Shown here: in pieces, positions 39,468 through 51,293 of the stretch
Numbering within the stretch: the first letter of the stretch is position 1
Layout of the letters: each line of letters opens with the position of its first letter
Source of the DNA: Phoronis australis
Taxonomy: Eukaryota; Animalia; Phoronida
Direction of reading: 5' to 3'
DNA length: 64,000 nt
Assembly (NCBI GenBank): GCA_002633005.1
Contig: NMRA01000058.1
Span: forward strand, 225,585 to 289,584
Made by a program: the position numbers and the translations under genes
Notes under the pieces: generated by a model
Told to the model about the DNA's origin: nothing
Databases searched by the model: none
Seen by the model: only the letters and a program-made list of their open reading frames with translations

Positions 39468-39973
39468 CTGTACTAAACAGTGGATGCTATTTTAAGAAGT
39501 TGTTGCATATTTTGTACAGCATGGTGAAGTTTCTTCAGTTCAGTACAATATGTGATAGGAAGAAGGAATCTTATTGTGTCGGAATAACAACAGTTGGCAA
39601 ACTTTTGGTAATTTGCAGTTATGGAGGAAGTGCATTAAGAAATTAGAAGCATGTCATTAAGCTAATGTTTTATTGAAATTGAAGAATCAACCAGTAAGGT
39701 TTGATCTCAAGATGCATTTTAAGTTCAGTTGATGAGTAGAATGTCTCAGAATTTTTCTGCTTATTTTGATCTGACCTAAGGAATATGTTTTACTAGTGAG
39801 AAAATAAATGAGACTGCACAGTTCAGTAATCAGTTGCCGCAAACATGTGAACAATCCCTTCGGTGTATGCCTTCACTCTGTAGTACTTTGGTATGGTAAT
39901 GCTACATCTCATCAAATGTACATGTCTGTTTAACTGTACGATGTTTCGCATAATTCACATCTTCCTGTTTCAG

Positions 39974-40018
39974 ATTAATTTGCTGCATTCAAAAAAGAGA
40001 TGTGATGTACTGCATACA
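39974..40018 (+). CDS. ACAP2: ACAP BAR-domain exon
   Basis: cttcctgtttcag / gtaagt; 45 nt, INLLHSKKRCDVLHT. Confidence 0.92.
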
Positions 40019-40089
40019 GTAAGTTCTACCAAAATATTCAACTCTTCACTTCAGAGCATTTCTGAATGATATCCTGAGAACCTAGTGAC

Positions 40090-41900
40090 TAATTTCAGAA
40101 GTGTTGGATGACAAAGCTCCCGCATCAATCAATTTTCGGGTGGATGCAACTCCTGCAGTGCCCCCTTCGTCCACTTGACCAGTTGTCTGCTTGATAGCTC
40201 ACCAATCCATGGTTTTATTTTGACGAAATTCGACACAAGGTTGTAGGGGGATTGCTATGGCAGTGCATGCCACAGTCTGTGTTTCTCTTGAACCCTCAGG
40301 CTTGGGCTTTGCAGTATTTTTGGGATGAGCATTTTTGTATGACATCTTGAGAACTGATGGGCAGATTTCAATGCAATTTGACGCGATGGTATGTTGTGGG
40401 GCTTTTCAGAAACATCGAGACATTGGCCGAGATTGATGCAGATGGACTCTTTTTATTCTCTCACGCATGCACGTGCACACACACACACACACACACTTAT
40501 ATAGTCGCATATCGTCACTTTCTCTGGGCGTCCAGTTTTTTCATCTGTCTGGTTGTCCACTCAATAACTCAAATACCCCTGGTCGAATGTTGATGAAATT
40601 TGCTCATTTAAGGGTGTAGGGAATCACTAGAACGATTCATGCCACTTTACAGTCTGCCCCACCCCCTTGGGTAGGTGGTCATGGCCTTTCCTGTATTTTC
40701 ATTTCTGGGTTATATCTATAAGAGAACAGGTTGATGGGGATTTCAATGAAACATGACGAAAAATAATTTTGGACCACATAGGACTACTGTAGTGCCTCTT
40801 AGTGGCCATTTTGTGTGGGAGCATTCAGGTGATATCCAGAGAATCAATGGATGGATTACATTGAAACTGTATGCAGAGGTCTATTATGAGATTGCAGCAG
40901 CACCATTTGATTTTCGGCTGGATTCAACTACTGCAGTGCCTCCTGGTGGCCATTTTTGTGAGAGCGTTTCCAGATTACATCTAGAGAACGAATTGGCAGA
41001 TTTCGATGAAACTTAAGTCAAAGGTATGTGATATCAATGCGCCAGCACCATTACATTTTCGGGCGGATCAACTACCATAGTACCTCCCACCTCCTAGTGG
41101 CTATTTTGTTATTAACAAGGGCTTTTCAAGTGTTGTTTGGCAGAAGAGCATTTCCGGATGATATCTAGCGAACCGATTGGTAGATTTCATTGAAACTTGA
41201 CACACAGGTATATCATTAGGTACTGTTTGATTTTCAGCCAGATTCAACTGCTATAGTGAATCCTAGTGGCTATTTTGTGTGAGAGCGTTTCTGGATGATA
41301 TTTAGTGAGCTGAGAGAATGATTTCAATGAAAGGCAACAGGGGTTTGTGATGAGATTGTGGTGGCACCATTAAATTTTTGGGTGGATTGGACTTCTGTAG
41401 AACCTCCTAGTGGTCATTTTGTTTTCAGCATGGGCGTTTGAAGTGTTGTTTGGGTAAGACTGTTTCCAGATGATGTCTAAAATTCCGATTGACCGATTTC
41501 ATTGAAACTTGACACAGAGGTATATTATGAGATTGCACCGGCATCATTGGATTGACCGGCCATTTTGAGAGTGTTTGCGGATGATATGTAGAGATTTCAG
41601 TTAAAGTTTAAACAGAGTTTTGGGATGACAATGCGGCAACCCCATTAGATTTTCGGGCAGATTTGACTACTGTACCATCTCCTAGTGGTCTTTTTGTTTT
41701 TGACATTGGCTTTTGAAGTGTTATTTGAGGGGAAGAACGTTTCCAGATAATATCTAAAGAACCTATTGACAGATTTCATTGAAACTTGATGCAGTGGTTT
41801 ATTATGAGATTGTGCCGACACCATTTGTTTTTGGGTGGATTTGACTACTACAGTGCCCATTTTGTGTGAAGCGTTTTCAGGTGATATGTAGAGAACGAAA
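40090..41900 (+). repeat. Degenerate tandem array (units of about 120-170 bp), Helentron-associated satellite-like
   Basis: Recurring gatttcaatgaaactt, gcaccatt..atttt and cctcctagtggccatttt motifs; (CA)n at about 40475-40497. Confidence 0.7.
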
Positions 41901-42106
41901 AAGCGAGTGCAGGTCATATGATGTCATTTGCGGTGCATCAGATGTGCGCAGACCTCATGGTTGGGCCTATTTCCCTAAACACCTGAGCTAAAAACATGAG
42001 CGCCCAGTTATCGATCAACAGGTTCTTCGTGAAGGAAGTTTTCATGTCTGCCTGTCTCATTTAAGAAAACAAACAGAATTCTCCATTTGTTGTCTTGCAG
42101 TATGTG

Positions 42107-42310
42107 TTAGCATGTAACGGTGCCATTCAGTTGGTTGGTTCGTAGCTTATAAAAAGCTGGGCAAGACTCTACCAGGTATTTAGGGGTTTCAATGTCAGTA
42201 CCACACTCGGGACACACTGGGCTCCCCATATGCCCTGTGATGTGGTGTATGTGTCTGGCTACGTTACCTTGGCCCATCAAAATTTGAATGGCGTGTCTTC
42301 TGCCCAATTT
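42107..42310 (-). pseudogene. LINE (I/Loa/R1-type) C-terminal zinc-knuckle fragment
   Basis: SPVCPECGTDIETPKYLVESCPAFYKLR, a degenerate CxxC..ETxxHxLxxCP motif. Confidence 0.7.
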
Positions 42311-42591
42311 ACACAGTTTTGTGATGACAGTGCGGTGGCTCCATTAAAATTCTGCGTAAAAAATGTTATAAGTAATTAATCTTTTCGTTATTAATGATTT
42401 CATAAACAGTGAATTGTTTGGAAACAGCACTTTAAGTCTTAACGTCCTATAGAAAACACATGGGACAGACAGTGTGGTATTCATAAGTTTTGAAGTCTCA
42501 GTTTCTGTCGGTTACCTTTCAAAGTGCACTTTGGTAGGTGTTCTTCTGTCTCGGTTTTCGACCTCTTTAAGTTTTACATTCTCCTTTCCAG

Positions 42592-42687
42592 ATGTTGTCG
42601 TACATGCACGCCCAGAATGCCTACTTCCATCAGGGATACGACCTTTTTGTTGACCTTGAGCCCTACATGAAAACACTGGCTTCACAG
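42592..42687 (+). CDS. ACAP2: ACAP BAR-domain exon
   Basis: ctcctttccag / gttagt; 96 nt, MLSYMHAQNAYFHQGYDLFVDLEPYMKTLASQ (FHQGY motif). Confidence 0.95.
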
Positions 42688-42914
42688 GTTAGTGTGATGG
42701 GAATGTACCATGTATGCCTGTCTCAGCATACTTTTTTCAGTAAACTTATCGTACTTTATCTAATGATATCAACTTGAATTTTAATTCATTTTTATGCCCT
42801 TGGATATACGTAATGTGGGTGCGTATTGTCGTCATCTCTGTCTCATCATCTACTTGTTCCCATTAAGGAGAGTACAACTGTGTTTTAGTTTTGGAATGAA
42901 TGTGATAGTTAAGT

Positions 42915-43035
42915 TTAAAAAGATCTGTTCCAATGAGGGCTCGAACCCAGGACTTCCTGCTCACCATGTAAACGCTCTAGTCCACTGAGCCATCGAGACC
43001 ATCAGTTAATTACAGAAATCCAAACAGACTTAAAG
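42915..43035 (-). repeat. tRNA-derived repeat, same family as 44844-45372
   Basis: Minus strand ggtctcgatggctcagtggactagagcg...cctgggttcgagccc. Confidence 0.7.
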
Positions 43036-43410
43036 ACCTAGTAGCACATGATTTTAGTTAATTAGATCATGCTATAACAAAGCCATCAGTACCTACAGGT
43101 TAATCTACAAAATCTGCAGGCTAAAAATTCCTAAAAATCTTCACTTGTCATGAATTGGAGGTGACTGATACTCCACCATTTTAGATTTGCTGCTAAGTCG
43201 AAACTGAGATTCATTAGGGAATGATTGAATAACAAGGCCGACTATTTGACTGATCTAAGCATCTTTTACTGGTACTGATTAATTCTCGTAAACAGTGTAA
43301 ACATAACAAGGAACATGCAATATTAAAGTAATTAAGTAAAATTCCTATACAGTTTGAATGTTATGACAATTAAACTTGCGAAAATATTAACAATAAATTC
43401 AGACAGGTAA

Positions 43411-43565
43411 CAGGGGCAGATCCAGGATTTTGATTTGGGGGGGGCAGGACAAAGTATTGGTCAGGAATTTCCCCGTCAAACATTTGCACTCCGGAACTGC
43501 CAAATAGAAATGGGAGAATTTTGGGGGGGGCGTGGCCCCCTTCGACCCCTCTACATCCGCCACTG
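43411..43565. mobile_element. Small MITE (hAT-like termini)
   Basis: caggggcagatccag ... ctacatccgccactg, flanked by a GGTAA duplication. Confidence 0.7.
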
Positions 43566-44843
43566 GGTAAATAAATCTAAGATACTGGTGGTCTCTGGCA
43601 TGTTCTTGTTAGGTAGCTGACTGCCAACAATCAACAGAATACCAACTGGTGATGAAACAACTTCAGAAAGAAAACTTGGCATGGTTCTGAATTCTTAAAT
43701 ATGATTAGTATTAATGAGTTTAAAGTAAAAAGAATTCTCATTCAGCCTGAAGTATTCATATAAGCTATTACCCGGCGGAGTCCAACCACCTGGTCTGCGC
43801 CAACACCTGTGCTTCACGGCGCAGGATGAACATTGTAATTAGGTCCGTGGGCCTTGAATAACTGAAATGCATGTGACAAAAGATCAAAAAAGCTCTGCAT
43901 CATGCTCCGAACACTATAATATTTTCCCATCGCTGACATTCAGCTCATAGACTGGGGTTCACTACACTCCTCCCCTTTTGAGTTATTCAATGGTGGAATT
44001 TTAATTTTTAGACAATGTAGGTGTCTATTGTAAATTTTTGTCATGTCTCAAAATATGTTTTGTCTCATAATTGAATATTAAAGTCAATTTAGCAAGTGAT
44101 TATTTTTGTGGCAAAGTGACTCATGGCAACTGGTGGGGGTACTTTGTCGGTTGTTTTGTCCGGACAGCAAAAATGAGGAACAGGTGCACGTTATTGCAAT
44201 TCAGGTGAGGAGAGCACTGTCTTGAGATAAAACATGTTTTTCTTTGCTGAAACATCGCTGTGTTTGGATGACCACTAAAGCCATTGTCGATTTGCTGCCG
44301 TTGGTGGGGGGAGTTGCGCTGTATTCACAAACTTATGATTGCATTAAATACCACTCAGGATATGCAAAGAGCAGATAAAGTTGGACAATGAATAATTAAA
44401 TTTGTATAAAAAGAGCCAAGATGAGAATCAAAAGCACCCAACCAAAATTATGACGCTTTTACGCTCACAGTGATATCAATAGCTTCTCAAGGACACCGAG
44501 GCCGTCATTAACTGATGCCAAGGAACGCAGGTCACGGAAATAGACGGGAATAGTCGATGATTTTCTGGTCTCGGCCCAGGTCAAAAATTGTGCTCAAAAA
44601 GACTTTTAGTTTGATAAGACTCAGTTGGTAAACATTATTTCATATTACATATTACTTAATTTGGTGTATATTTTCTTGTCTTTGAACGAGATTACCCTTT
44701 GACATAACCACTTTAACAGGAGGCATCTTATCCAAATTTGGGACTGCATATACATGTAAATAACTGCTGTTATAATAATTCTTACCTCTACCACATCAAT
44801 GCGCTGATTTATAACAGCACAATTTCATAATATGTTGATGATA

Positions 44844-45372
44844 TTTTGCAAGTAGTTTATCCCGTACAATACGCCATCTTTTTGATCACATCACGTGACC
44901 TAATGAATATAAGTCTGAAAAGATTTCTGCTCCCGACCGGGACTCGAACCCAGGACCTTCTGCTAACGGTGCAGACGCTCTAGCCACTGAGCCATTGGTC
45001 AAACACAGAAGTCCAATCCGACTTTGTAGTGTGCATGTTACCCATGATCTCCATTGTGTGTGTAAATATCTTTTTCAGTGAGGCGTGGAATATGTTGCAA
45101 GTAGTTTATCCCGTTCAATCCGCCATCTTTTTGATCACATCATGTTAGTCTGATTGGATTTCTGTGTTTGAACAGTGGTCCCGATGGCTCAGTGGCTAGA
45201 GCGTCTGCACGGTTAGCAGAAGGTCCTGGGTTTGAGTCCCAGTCGGGGGGCAGAAATCTTTGTGGACTTATATTCATTAGGTCATGTGATATGATCAAAA
45301 AGGTGGTGGATTGAATGGGATAAACTACTTGCTACATATTCCACGCCTCACTGAAAAAGATGATATTTACAC
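44844..45372. mobile_element. Composite of head-to-head tRNA-derived repeats bounded by a 12-bp direct repeat
   Basis: ATGTTGATGATA at 44832-44843 and 45373-45384; minus copy 44844-45023, minus tail fragment 45059-45144, plus copy 45146-45372. Confidence 0.8.
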
Positions 45373-45789
45373 ATGTTGATGATAGTTAAGACTAATGTGT
45401 ACTGTGCTGGGTAACCTAGCAACAATTTTATTTTTGGTGTTCAGCTTTCTGTGCCATGACACTGAAGTGGTCTTTATGAAATTTAGCACTTGTTTCTATT
45501 TCAAAAAAGAGAGTACCCCCTAATTATTGAAAAAATGCGACTTAATTACAATTTTTTGACATCAACCATGATGGTATGCACCAGTTATACCGATTGACAG
45601 AATCTTATATTTGTGGCTTTCAATCTTCATACAAATTGCATTTTTGCCTAGAAGTTATTTCAAGTTTACCAATTTGTACTTCTCCCTTTAGTGGGTATCT
45701 TTAAAATAGGGATTATCCCTTGTATTTGCACTGTTTGTAATGCACACCGTGAACAGATGTCAATGCTTTTTGTTGCTCGTGTGTTTCAG

Positions 45790-45867
45790 TTAGAGGAGCT
45801 GAACAAAAAGACTGGTGCTGAGAAACGAGAAATGGAAGAGAGACATGGCTTGGTTCAGCAAAAGAAG
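45790..45867 (+). CDS. ACAP2: ACAP exon ending the BAR/coiled-coil region; last exon found in the window
   Basis: gtgtttcag / gtcagc; 78 nt, LEELNKKTGAEKREMEERHGLVQQKK (EKREME motif). Confidence 0.9.
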
Positions 45868-46152
45868 GTCAGCACCTGGATTAAAAATCCACTTTCATAT
45901 CAGTGCTAATTGCACATTGATTTGATTATTGTATTAGATATATGTGTTCAACAACAGTGTTTTTATATGGGAACTTGATGTGATGTGTCAGTATTTTCAC
46001 GAGGCCTAATGCGTTCCAACTGAGGCTAATAACACACTTATATAAAAATGCATGGTTTAAATTATTTATTCCTCATACTTAAAGATGTATTTGCAAGGTC
46101 CTTTCTATGCTAATGTATAGCAGGAACTTAACAGCAATGCTTTTTTAATATA

Positions 46153-47507
46153 CCATACTCGTCTGGGTTACCGCCCAGGGCGCTTAAATTGGGAATCTAA
46201 GAAAACAGGGGGTAGGCGGTAAGCCGAGCATAGGCGGTTAAGATTAAAATTTTTGAAATGTCAGGAGTGGGTGGTTACTGCACAAAGGACCGATTTTACC
46301 CTCATGGAGCTACACTTACGTCGGACTTCAAGCATGTCAGTTAAAACATACGTCGGCGGATTGAAGTAACGGACTTCGACAGGCTGAAGTGGAAAAGCAC
46401 ACACGATACAGTGGTGCCGTGATCCCGAGCGCGATTAGGTTTTTACGTACCTTGATTGCTGCTCGTCATGTCTTGGAACTGAGGTATTCCTACAAATAGA
46501 CGTGCCTTCAGTAGGGCAAGTTTCTTGAGAGAAAAGCAAGATCACGCAAGACTACGCTAGATCGTCATGTATTGCTACGCGAAGGCGGTGACATCAATCT
46601 CCCAGAATTTGTTAGAAGCATGTGCTCAACAGTCGGACATTACTACTGTTAGGAAATAGGGGTGGTCAGTCGGCTGAGAAAATAATGAAGCAAAAACACA
46701 ATCATGTAAAAAAGCAAAAAACATATCATGTAAAAAGTCAACAGGCAAATCAAGAGTTCAAAAAAATAAGTTTTTGACCACATAGATGTGGATAGAATGT
46801 TCGACTTGCGCTCAATTACAAGTTGATCCGTGCAATGTTGCTTTTGGTTGGGCGCTTCCATTTTGGTGTCAGGAGTGAGTCATTAAAAACATGCATTTAA
46901 CGAAGACACATAATAACGGCTCGTATCTGCTTGTATTCAAAACAATGCGTCCAAAATAATGTCAATGTAGTTTACAAAATCGTTGGTCATGTACCAGCCG
47001 AGTGTGGTCGTGTTTTTTTATTTCATTGCTTAGGGTGGTGATGTTTCGTGTACTGTCATGGGGAATCCAGAAAGGTAGGCCACGGACTTGAAATTCTTGT
47101 CAAGTACTGCTTTGTTGGTTCTTCCATGGCAATGAAATACATTCGACAAGTGCCGTCTCAGTGATCAGTACATACTGACATGAGTTACGTGTGTGAGCCA
47201 AAGGAAGCACTTGTGTCTCCTTCAGTAAAGAGCATGAGAATATGGGTATTTTACTGCCATAGTAAGGCAAGTTCCCGGTTCCGCTAAAACTGATTGATTG
47301 TCATTGAAAGGTAAGCGAGTTGCGCACGTTTTGGAATTAGTTTTGGGAGACAAACTTTCACAAAAGCACACATACTTTTAAGGAGGTCTCGATCATAAAA
47401 AATTTGGGGTGGGCGGTAAGCCGAGGTTGGGCTCTTAAAAATGAAAAAATAAAAATTTCAAGGGTGGGCCGTATGCCAAGCATGGGCGGTAACCTGGAAG
47501 AGTACGA
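46153..47507. mobile_element. pogo-type MITE of a related family
   Basis: TA-ccatactcgtctgggttaccgccc ... gggcggtaacctggaagagtacga-TA. Confidence 0.7.
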
Positions 47508-47909
47508 TAATCTGCGCCAAACAAAGTGCAGTATTCATTGACAACTTTTAAATGTGAAAACAAAAAATTCTGCAAATAGGTGACCTTTGCACTAGTGATG
47601 TACCTTGGGGGCTCACATAGCCCGCATCATACTGTATTATTCCCCAAAAACCATGTCACTGTACTTACTGGATACATTTGAGTGATTTACTGTAGATCAT
47701 TTTCGAGACAAAACTTCTTCTTAAAAACATTTGGCAATTTGCAACCTACTTCATTTTCACATTGTTGCTATAATTTAACCAAGCAATCACAGAGATAAGG
47801 AATTAGCATGCAAGTTCGACTTTAAGACCTTACCCCCATTTCTTTGCTGAGTCTTAATTTGCTCCTCTTTAGCCAATTTCAACAGTTCTGATGTCACTCG
47901 TGGTTTTTC

Positions 47910-48786
47910 TTGATGTTTCCTTTACGTGCCCACATATTTCGTCATCCCTGTCTGTTGTCCATCCATCTGTCTGTCTGCTATCTGCGCGTTGTCCGTTCGG
48001 CATCTGCTGCTCTCCAAAGCCCTTTGATGTATGTTCATATAATTTTGAGTATGTGTTCCTTTCATTAATACGAATCTGACTACCGGTGTGCCCCCTAGTG
48101 GCAATTTATTTTTTATGTTTACTTTTGTATCTTCAAAGCTCCTCAACGGATTTTCCTAAAATTTGGCAAATAGGTATCTATTAGTTAGATGACGCAACCT
48201 TACTGTTTTTGGTTGGATGCAAGGTATTTTACACCACCTAGTGGCCATTTTTACTGTTTTCGAATCTGTTTTTGGTGTCCACCCCTCTATCAACCAAACT
48301 ATTTTAAGGATGATGCTTCTATATCTGCTATACCATGCAGAGGATCATAAAAAAATTGGCTTATGTGTTCCTACTGACAAGTGCATGACTGACGTGGATT
48401 TTCAAACGGGTCCAACTACTGTGCTGCCCCGTAATGACATTTTTTCAAATCTACGACAGTGTATCTTCTAAACCCCTTGCAAGATGTTTTTGAGATTTTG
48501 TAATAGTTGTATTCCTATTAACTTGTCACGAGATGGATGGATTCGACTACCGCTTTGGTTGATAATGGCATTTTTTATGTTTGCCTTAGTTCATTTTCTT
48601 TGGAATTCTTTGACAAATTTTCATGAAATTTGGCAAATAATTTTTGAGAGATGACGATGCCTTCCCATTTCTAGTTTGGATATGTTAAACTTATTCTGTG
48701 CCATCTAATGATAGAAATAAACAATCCCTAAAAGCACGTTTGCGGTGCAGCTGTGGCTGCATTTCAACACTCTGTGATGCTCTTGG
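47910..48786 (+). mobile_element. Helentron-associated (HINE-like) element
   Basis: tttacgtgcccacatatt start, ctgt/ccat microsatellite, core repeats and gcatttcaacactctgtgatgctcttg end; homologous to 30540-31295 and 60497-60720. Confidence 0.65.
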
Positions 48787-50231
48787 TTTTTTCGATTCTA
48801 TGAATTGATTCTATGACTTTTGCTCCATCAACTCTTCATATCTCTCACTGGCTACCTCAGACTGTGATACCTCCATATCTAGCTCATCCCATTCGAATTG
48901 GTCAAAAGTAAAGCCCAAATCAAACGATTTCTGCGGAGTGGCTAGTGAGCAGACGGTATTTTAGATTGTGTTCTAAACACTCGTTTCCCTGGTTTTATGG
49001 ATTTTTATGTATTCTCACCAGTTTTTAGTTTATCCCCGTTTCATTCAGTGGCGACTGCCATTCGTGATATTCGTAATATTGCTGTGGCTAAGTTGACCTG
49101 CTTTGATGCGTTCTTGGTTTTAGCATCGAGTCCCAGATTGGATGCAGACAAATGCTGTTGATTTATTGATAATGAGTCATATACATACAAGTTGACTGAG
49201 TTTAATTGGATATTTCTACTGTTATTTTTTACACCACAAAATAATGAAAATAGAATTTTACTGTAGTTACCGCTGCGGTTAACAAGATCAGTTTCACCAG
49301 CTCTGTTTACAAGCTGTTGTGAATGGAGGAGTGAAAACGAAGGCAGAGTGGCAAAAATGTTCGTTTATTGTGAGGAGAATTCGTGATTTTAATTACCAAA
49401 TGGTCTCCAGTGTGTTACATTCGTTTAGTTTTTGAAATGTATAGTAATTGTAAATTCATGTAATTTATTCAGCTTTAACTGTGGTTGATCAGGTTGAAAC
49501 TTAGGAATTCCACTCGTGGAAAGTAGTTCTGTTTTTGGTCACTTGATTATGGTTATTTTTATGGTCACAGACACATGACACGGTTAAGGCACGACCGTAT
49601 GTGGTATAACATCTTCTTATTAATAAGTTCAGAATCTTGATTAGAACACAAAACATTCATAACATTTGTGTTAACAGTTTGAGGTACAGCACCCTTGGAG
49701 GAACAGAACAAAAATAACAGCCATTTAGCTCTGATAGCTGTTAAATATAACAACCATGTAGCTCTGATAGCTGTCCATTGTTCTACTCACGACCAACTAA
49801 GTATTAAACCCATGATAAAATTTGACAAAACAATATTTCTTCTAATTTTATTAATCAGCTTACCAAACTTTGTGTTGGGAAAACATATTATTTTTTATTT
49901 TTGTGTAAGTTATCCCAGACAATATCGCACTGCGGGACTGGTCGTTTCCAGTGTTTGTGAGTGTTGTCCTGGCAGACGATCGAGAGTGACATGGAAAGGT
50001 CGTCACGGTTTTTATTGCAAAAGACAGGGAAGGTGAAAATGGCAAGCCTGTCAATCGCCAAACAACATCTTTCAGCAGAGTAATTTCAAGTCCTGAAGAA
50101 ATTCTTGTTCCCTTGTTTCTGGGGCTGACCAGGTATGGTTTGAACATGGCACACAATCTATATAGTAGTAGTAGGTTGAACGTGGCACAAAATCTATATA
50201 GCAGTAGTAGGTTTTTTTTTTCTATATGGAA

Positions 50232-51293
50232 GGCTTTTCTTGCCCTAAGAATTCGACGCATTTGTTCAGAAGAAACTTCCTTTAATAACCGTTTAAAAGA
50301 ACTCAAGTACTATCTAATTCAACGTCATTTCCCTTTACATCTTATACACAAACAGTTTGACAAAGTCCGCTCAATTACTCGAAATGAATCTTTAAGAACT
50401 AAAACTAAAGGCAATACTACTAATAGAATACCTTTCATAACTATGTTCAATCCATGTTTAAACGGAATTAGCCACGTCTTCAAAAAACATCTTTCTACGC
50501 TGCATATTTCCCCTCAAATGAAAAACCTATTTCCTCATCCCCCTATAATTTCTTGGAGAAAATGTAAAAATCTAAAAAATTATTTAGTTAAAGCTAATAT
50601 CGACAATATACACCAAACTGACAAACCTATTGGCAACACACAATGTAACAAAACTAGGTGTAAAATGTGTAACTTCATCAACGATAGCACTTTTTTCCAG
50701 TCTTCCCAAACCAATGAAAACTTTGAAATAAAACATTATTCTGATTGCACCACCAACAATATTATTTACCTTATAACTTGTAAAAAATGTTCTATCCAAT
50801 ACGTAGGACAAACTCAACATAATCTACAAACTCGGTTTCGTAATCATAGATTTAACATAATACATAAAAACATTTCTGATACTGTAGGTAATCATTTCAA
50901 TTCCAAAAACCATAATATTCAAGATCTTTCTGTACAAATAATAGAAAAACTCCAACACCCCAGTACCCCTCACAGACTTAAAAGAGAACAATATTGGATA
51001 GACAAACTGAATACAATAGAACCTCATGGATTGAACATAAAAACTTCTTAAAATATGTCATTGAATTTTTTACGCAAAAATGTATCATTTTCATTACACC
51101 ATATCTTATATGTCAATTGTCATTTTGTGTTTGATTTTACTTTATTTCTGTTTTTGTTGATACATCCGAAAATTTCAGTTGATCCATTCTTGTTGTTTTA
51201 TTTACCGATTTATATTCTTCATTTCTTGAAACAGTAGTATCCTTGGGAGGATCTGGATCGCCTTATTTAGTTTCAGATATATATTTTCTACGT
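50232..51293 (+). mobile_element. 5'-truncated Neptune-type Penelope-like retroelement (RT thumb, Cys linker, GIY-YIG endonuclease, 3' UTR)
   Basis: Open frame to 51051: ALRIRRICS, CNKTRCKMC, NIIYLITCKKCSIQYVGQT, REQYWIDKLNTIEPHGLN. Confidence 0.92.

Noticed and set aside
50113-50231. N-terminal part of the 312-aa ORF as a real protein start
   Set aside because: It derives from a flanking tandem duplication fused by chance to a 5'-truncated retroelement.
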